Position numbers and translations under genes: made by a program
Assembly (NCBI RefSeq): GCF_006345805.1
Contig: NW_021832881.1
Coordinates: 1 to 29,668, forward strand
Length of the DNA stretch: 29,668 bases
Direction: 5' to 3'
Source: Octopus sinensis
Lineage: Eukaryota
Notes under the pieces: model-generated
Told to the model about the DNA's origin: nothing
What the model saw: only the letters and a program-made list of their open reading frames with translations
Database searches by the model: none
Part shown: positions 23,074 through 29,668 of the stretch, piece after piece
Position numbering within the stretch: the first letter of the stretch is position 1
Layout of the letters: the number at the start of each line of letters is the position of its first letter

Positions 23074-23404
23074 ATATCATTACTGCATTACTGGAGTAGC
23101 GAGTAGAAAGAGGATTGAAATGGTAGGAATAGGAGCACCGGTACAAAGTATTAACAATATCATATATATGTACAATGTATAATAATATGGTAAAAGCTTC
23201 TGTTATTGATGCTACTGCCACTGTTACTTCAATAACAAAGTCTACAGCTATAAGAATAAGAACAACGAGGACAGAAACTGTAGCAAGAACAGATACAACA
23301 GCAACAAGGATTTGAGATTTTGCAAACAGCAGGAATATGTTGTTGGATGCGGAAAAGAACGAAGAATATTAACGAAAAATCAAATAGATTACAAATTCGA
23401 ACTA

Positions 23405-23421
23405 CTATAATAATAATAATA

Positions 23422-23466
<45 letters not shown>

Positions 23467-23480
23467 TAATAATAATAATG

Positions 23481-23536
<56 letters not shown>

Positions 23537-23549
23537 TATAATAATAATA
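23405..23549. repeat. (TAA)n array, left flank of the R4/Dong element
   Basis: Read directly from the sequence. Confidence 0.95.
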
Positions 23550-24576
23550 GCCTCAAAACACGTACAAAACAAAAAATTCAATCTTTAAAAAAGGTAACAA
23601 ATACAAAAATGAAGTCATGGTACCTAACTACTAAGAAGAAAAAGAAGAAACAACAAAAGCTGTAAAACAACTAAAATCCAATCTAAAACTGGAACAGCAA
23701 CGGATCATGAAAAAAAGATGGCAAGAAAAGCCCCTTCCTGGCAAATAATGGATTAAATTAAACAAAAAGATATAGAAAATGTCCCAACAATGGCTGAGAA
23801 GATCAGAACAAAAAGCAGAGACTGAAGGATTTTTAATTGCAGCACAAGACCAAAGCCTCCCCACCAGAAATTACCAAAAATATATACTGAAAAGAAACAT
23901 AAGTAACTGCAGAGTATGTGGAGAGGATAAAAAACAATAAGCCATATTGTCCCTGGCTTCCCAGTCCTAGCCAAGAAGGAATATATTCACAGACACGACA
24001 GAGTTGGGATTTATATCTACTGGAAGCTATGCCAACACAATGGAATAACAACAGAAGATGGTCTAGGCACACGCCAGAAAAGGTCACAGAAAACGAGAAA
24101 GCAACCATACTATCGGATATGCCAATACCCACAAATAGAGAAATTAAGGGCAATAGGCCAGATATAGTTGTCAGAGATCATCAAGAAGAAAAATGCTTTC
24201 TAATTGATGCATCAATACCAACAGATGACAACGTTTCTCTGAAAGAAATGGAGAAACTTTCAAAATACAAAGACCTGGAAATAGAGGTATCTCGAATATG
24301 GAGTCTAAAAACAGAAACAATTCCTATCATAATAGGTGCATTAAGTATGATAAAAAATAATATTCAGACAAATATATAACAAAGACACCAGGACTTACAA
24401 GTATATATAACATACAGAAAATAGCACTATTGGACACTGCACACATCCTACGTAAAACACTTTCAATACAGTAACCATCAGAGCATCACAACAAATCACA
24501 GCACATACCCAAGGCAAACAGAGCTGCGCTCGGTATTGCGGTGCAAGCACGTGATAAAAATGAGAGTATTGAATGC

Positions 24577-24577
<1 letters not shown>
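23550..24577 (+). mobile_element. 5'-truncated R4/Dong-type non-LTR retrotransposon with restriction-like endonuclease, decayed
   Basis: Frameshifted pieces: WQEKPL, SQQWLRRSEQKAETEGFLIAAQDQSLPTRNY, CRVCGE, HIV..PVLAKKEYIHRHDRVG, NRPDIVV...LIDASIP...EMEKLSKYKDL, TIPIIIGAL, QKIALLDTAHILRKTLSIQ*. TAA arrays lie on both sides. Confidence 0.9.
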
Positions 24578-24609
<32 letters not shown>

Positions 24610-24709
24610 TGATGATGATGATGATGTGATGACAAAAAAAATAATGATGATGATGATGATGATGATAAAAATAATAATAATAATGATGATGATGAGAATA
24701 ATAATAATA

Positions 24710-24754
<45 letters not shown>

Positions 24755-24811
24755 TGATGATGATGATGATGATGATGATAAAAATAATAATAATAATGAT
24801 GATGATGATGA

Positions 24812-24843
<32 letters not shown>

Positions 24844-24855
24844 GTAATAATGATA

Positions 24856-24887
<32 letters not shown>

Positions 24888-24960
24888 AATAATAATAATG
24901 ATAATAATAATAATAATAATAATAACAATGACAATAATAATAATAATGTTGATGATAATG
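24578..24960. repeat. (TAA)/(TGA) compound array, right flank of the R4/Dong element
   Basis: Read directly from the sequence. Confidence 0.95.
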
Positions 24961-25039
24961 AAGACGGAAAAGGGAAACATCACAGTGACAATGATTTGTG
25001 TGAGGGTTCACATAAAAGATGGGTGGAAAGAAGGGAAAA

Positions 25040-25700
25040 CACTGAAAAAGAGAAAAAAAGTATACAAATTATGCGAACATATAAATGATGCAGTGGGAAC
25101 CTGTAACTGGGGAAACCTCCAGTCAGGGAAGCCTGGAGATCCAAGATTACCCTGACCACTAAAGACACAAGCCTCACCCGACTGTTGCTTTCCACTCCAC
25201 AGACGCAGGTTTAGAGTATGTCCATTTACTCTGACCACTTTTCCCACATTCACCCACCTTTTTCAGAAATTCACCGAGCGAGATCGCTTCCCTCTCCAGC
25301 CTCACTTTTCTTTCAAACTAGCACTTGAAATAAGCGATAATGGGCTCAATCGAAGAGGAAGGTGATATATTTCAATTCTTTCAAATTCGTTCACCGCACA
25401 ACCTCTTTCGCCATGGCCACCAGACAAAGGAACGTCACCTGCCCCACCATGTTAAAGGTAGTTGTTGGAGCGATCCTCATGATGGATTCAGCTAATAATC
25501 GGAATCGGATTCGTCCCTCACGCTGCAACAGTTGTCTGACATAACTCCAAAAGTCAGCAATGCTCGGACACCAAACGAGGATGTGCTGCAGTTTCGTCAT
25601 TCTGCGCATGTCTTTCTCAATCCTGCCTGGCGGCACATCCGTTCCTTTGGGGATTCCATCGATCCGGGAGTGGTCCACGGTAGTACTGTTTGAGATAATG
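25040..25700 (-). mobile_element. Tx1/L1-type LINE 3' fragment (ORF2 C-terminus and 3' UTR)
   Basis: Frameshifted YRGPLPDR, DET..H, CPSIADFWSYVRQLL, FLCLVAMAKEVV and NVGKVVRVNG, typical of the end of Tx1 ORF2. Confidence 0.75.
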
Positions 25701-25762
25701 TACATATATACATACATATATCTCTCTATATATATAAACGGCAGTTTGTATATATATATATG

Positions 25763-25958
25763 TACGACCAGAGAAAGTGTGAGAGAAAGTTGTGGCGAAA
25801 AAATACTGCAGGCATCGCCACCATCCCCTGCCAGAGCTTCGTGGAGCTTCGTGAGTGTTTTCGCTCAATAAACACTCACAACGCCTTGTCTGGGAATCGA
25901 AACCGCGATCCCACAAGTGCGAGTCCGCCGTCCTAACCACTGGGCCATTGCGCCTGCA
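25763..25958 (-). mobile_element. tRNA-derived SINE, family C
   Basis: Minus strand ggcgcaatggcccagtggttaggacggcggactcgc...gcggtttcgattcccagac has A and B boxes, followed by a non-tRNA body. Confidence 0.8.
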
Positions 25959-25974
25959 CATATTCATATATATC

Positions 25975-26043
<69 letters not shown>

Positions 26044-26284
26044 GTGTGTGTGTTGAGAGAGAGACTGAGTCTTGAACATAGATATTCGTTCAAAAACAAC
26101 TCCAAGATGATCGTCGACTTCATCATTCCGACTGAACAGGTTCATCAGACAAATTACATGCATTCATACAGACAGAAACATATACACATACGCGTGCGCA
26201 CACACGCTCACAAACAAACAAAAACACACTCTTACATACAAACAGAACATTCATATCAGTATACGTATGCACTTCATTTTACAT

Positions 26285-26315
<31 letters not shown>

Positions 26316-26629
26316 TTATGTAAGACATACATGCATGCATGCATACCTACATACATACATATGTACTTGCATGGTTATGTGTGTGTGTGTGTTTGTTTGT
26401 TTGTGTGTGTGTGCGTGAGATATTTCGTTATACTCCCAGAATTATGACAATCATCAGGAAAATACGATGATTTCGTAGGAAATCACGACATGATTGATAA
26501 AACTAATTTAAGTTTGAAAGTTTCTTTCTTTGTTTTACCTTCTACAATACATAAATGAATACACATACATGCGCACACAGGCTCAGACACACATGCACAG
26601 TACATATATGCGTATATATGCATGTATAT

Positions 26630-26675
<46 letters not shown>

Positions 26676-26781
26676 CACACATATGTGTATATATACCTAT
26701 ATGTATTGCGTATATGCGTCTGAGCTGTTTGTATGTGTGCATATATATTAATATATTATATAATATATATATATATAATAT

Positions 26782-26828
<47 letters not shown>

Positions 26829-28034
26829 TACATGTTATATGTTAGCCATATTTATTTTATACTTGTATATATATATGTATATATATACACACATATATAT
26901 ATATTTACACACATATATATGTATAATTTATACATGTATGTATATGTATATAAACATAAATATATATAAGTATGTATGTATATAATTTATCTATATAATC
27001 TGCATATACATATGTGTTTGTGTGTGTGTCTGTGTGTGCATATACATGCATATAATGTGTGTTGGCGTGCTTGGGTGTTTGTATATGTACGCCGTTATGT
27101 GCGCGTATGTCTATGTATATTTGTTTGTGTGTATGTGCATGTGTGTATGTGCATGTTCTTGTGTGGGTGTATATAGGTGTCACGTATATTATTTAGCATG
27201 AAATGTAGAAAAACAACACGACATTCTCGTTCGTAATATCGTTCACGAGCGTTCCTTTGTTGTTCGCCATGTGGTTAAATGGAGTCTACACTGCTTGAGC
27301 AGTTGTAACATGGATGAAAATGATATACATGTGGAAACCCGAGAAGCTGCATGTATTCTAATAGTGTAAGGTTTGTGTATATATAATAGCATAACTGTGA
27401 ATATGTTGTAATTTTGATAGAGACTGCGAGTCATGCGAACGGTAAATTGGATCAAATTTGTTGATGCTGTTATTGTGTGATGATACAAAAGTAACGCAGA
27501 AATATGGGACAAAATATTACACATTTGATAAAGGATGTGTATGAGTTAACACGGAAGTTCATTTATTTCCTTATTAACAATGTGATTTTTCATGAGATGG
27601 TTGTCTTTGAGGTAGGCAAGGGACCGACTATGAAATCTATTTAAATAGTTGTGGATTTCTTGCTTCGTCAAAAGGTCAGAAATAATTCGGTTTTGGTCTT
27701 ATAGTCTAAAACACTGATACCATTTCTCCCACTCATGTTTATTAACTTGAGGAATAGAATGGCAAAATTCAGTGAGGAATGTAGTTGAAACATAACAGAA
27801 CGAATAAAAGTTTAATAAGTGCTTTCATATAAAATTAAGCCATCGATAATTGATCATTACTCGAGCCTTCACTCAAACATTTACTATTGGAAATCATTTG
27901 TGTAAATACATTGTTGAAAGGCATATTGACTGAGATATTAGTCCAGAGATGATATATGTTATGGACGTGTCGTATTTAAAAACACAATATATATACGTAT
28001 ATATATAATTTTATTTTATTTTATTTTTTTTTTT

Positions 28035-28079
28035 TATCTAGTTTCAGCTCACGAGCTATGACCATGCTGGGGCACCGCC

Positions 28080-28082
<3 letters not shown>
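28035..28082 (-). mobile_element. Isolated RTE-type 3' tail with A-rich end
   Basis: Minus strand ggcggtgccccagcatggtcatagctcgtgagctgaaactagataaa followed by an A-rich run. Similar to the family B tail. Confidence 0.6.
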
Positions 28083-28120
<38 letters not shown>

Positions 28121-28199
28121 CGGCAGGAGAGAGAAACATTGTCCCAGCTGAGGCTTGCGAGAATGTCAATTGCTTTTCGAAATCCTGTATTGATTTGTC

Positions 28200-28470
28200 T
28201 ACTTAGGAGTTCGGCAAAAGCTATTGATAAAACACTTACAAGACTTAATGATAATGATTATTTCAATTTTTAGCACAAGGCTAACAATTTAAGGAGAATA
28301 GAGTGGGGGTCATCGATTACAACGACCCCAACAAATAAAAAAACAAAGTCGACCTCGGCGGCATCTGAACCCGGAACGTAAGGTCGTGAGGCCGATTTGC
28401 TTAACTAAAACTCCCCACGGCGGCGCTCCAGCATAGCTGCAGTCCAATGACTGAAACAAAAAAGAAAAAT
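28200..28470 (+). mobile_element. SINE family B 3' half interrupted by a minus-strand family A fragment (~28258-28400)
   Basis: acttaggagttcggcaaaag (28200) and ggcggcgctccagcatagctgcagtccaatgactgaaac (~28416-28458) flank tttttagcacaagg...aaagtcgacctcggcggcatctgaacccggaacgt. Confidence 0.65.
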
Positions 28471-29153
28471 GAAATAAATGAAAGAAAAGGTAAAACCAAT
28501 CCTGATACCAAGAAGGGGACCACTAGGTGGTCACAGCATTTGCTAGAAACGTTCGTCCGAAACTCTCTAAAAATACACCCCCACCGTTTTAAAAATGAGG
28601 AATAATTTAGATAACATAGACTAGATACCCCCAAAAAGATGAGATGGCAACAGAGAGGTTTGTCTCTGATCATAGATCTCCTCGATTAAGACTGATCAGC
28701 GTGTAAGCAGCAGCAGCAGCAGCATCACCACAAACAGCAACAACATCAACTAACCACAACGACAACAAGAACAACCAAATAACTTTTCTATGTTAACTCC
28801 CTCGCCACTCCCTTCTGCTCCCATAAATAAATATGTGTCCAGTCGCCATCGCCACATTCCCACAGTTATATATATTTTTAACCGTTATCATAGGAATATT
28901 AATCTTACAGATTATATATATATATATGTTTTTATATTTTATTATTTTTTCCCCCTTTTTTCGTAATTTTTTATTTGGACAACCATATTTCTTCACACAC
29001 AGACACACACTCTGACACACAACGCACTTACTATCCGCTACGTTATTCGTAGGAAACCATACTCACCACTCCAAATATAATACATACATAAATACACATA
29101 CCATATATACACACAACCGCACACAAACCATTATATATATATATATATATATG

Positions 29154-29184
<31 letters not shown>

Positions 29185-29668
29185 TATATATATATAAATA
29201 TGATATATATATAAATATATATATATGTATATACATATATATATATAATTAAATATATATATAATATATATAATTTTTATATGTTCCTTTCATTTACTAT
29301 TCACCGCATTTTCTTATTTTTAAGTTTATTCACTGTTTTCTTTAAATTATTTCTTCCTTTTCTTCTTCTTCTTCTTCACCACACCCACTCTCCTCTCGCC
29401 TATATTTCTCCTCTCTTCTCAAGACTCTCTGTTTTGCTTCCACTGCAGTACAGACGCCATTCTGTCTGTCTATAGAGATTTCCAAACCATATCACCATGG
29501 CAGAAAATACTTCCTGCCACGGCGCTTATTGAGATATCGCCATGAGATAGGCGGCGAAAAATGAACCGCCGATGAATAAATAGACCAGGCCCAGCCACAT
29601 CAAATGCTTGGAAAGCTTATATATATTCTTTTCGTGTGTGGAGGTCAGAATATCGACTCACAAACTGG

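Noticed and set aside
24395-25155. Poly-Ile/Met/Tyr/His ORFs
   Set aside because: Translations of the TAA/TGA array.
1-29668. CRISPR array or prokaryotic operon
   Set aside because: No regularly spaced repeats with unique spacers and no dense gene content; the window is eukaryotic repeat-rich DNA.

Overview
AT-rich eukaryotic DNA, very probably from an octopus (coleoid cephalopod), judged from the tRNA-derived SINE types and the extreme density of TA/TG/TATG/TAA/GAT microsatellites. Most of the window looks intronic or intergenic. Nearly all long ORFs in the supplied track are microsatellite artefacts. Supported content: about 15 SINE copies or fragments in three families; a complete non-autonomous Helitron (1809-2203); decayed LINE fragments (RTE-type, two Tx1/L1-type, and an R4/Dong-type element sitting in a TAA array); and a ~925-bp near-perfect palindrome made of two Penelope-like element 3' ends, each arm carrying a hammerhead-ribozyme-like motif. 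There are also a few minus-strand exon candidates of an unidentified host gene (3528-3712, 7-36, and 15925-16140, the last with an in-frame TAA). No prokaryotic features, CRISPR arrays, rRNA or true tRNA genes were seen. Family names rest on motif recognition, not database searches.
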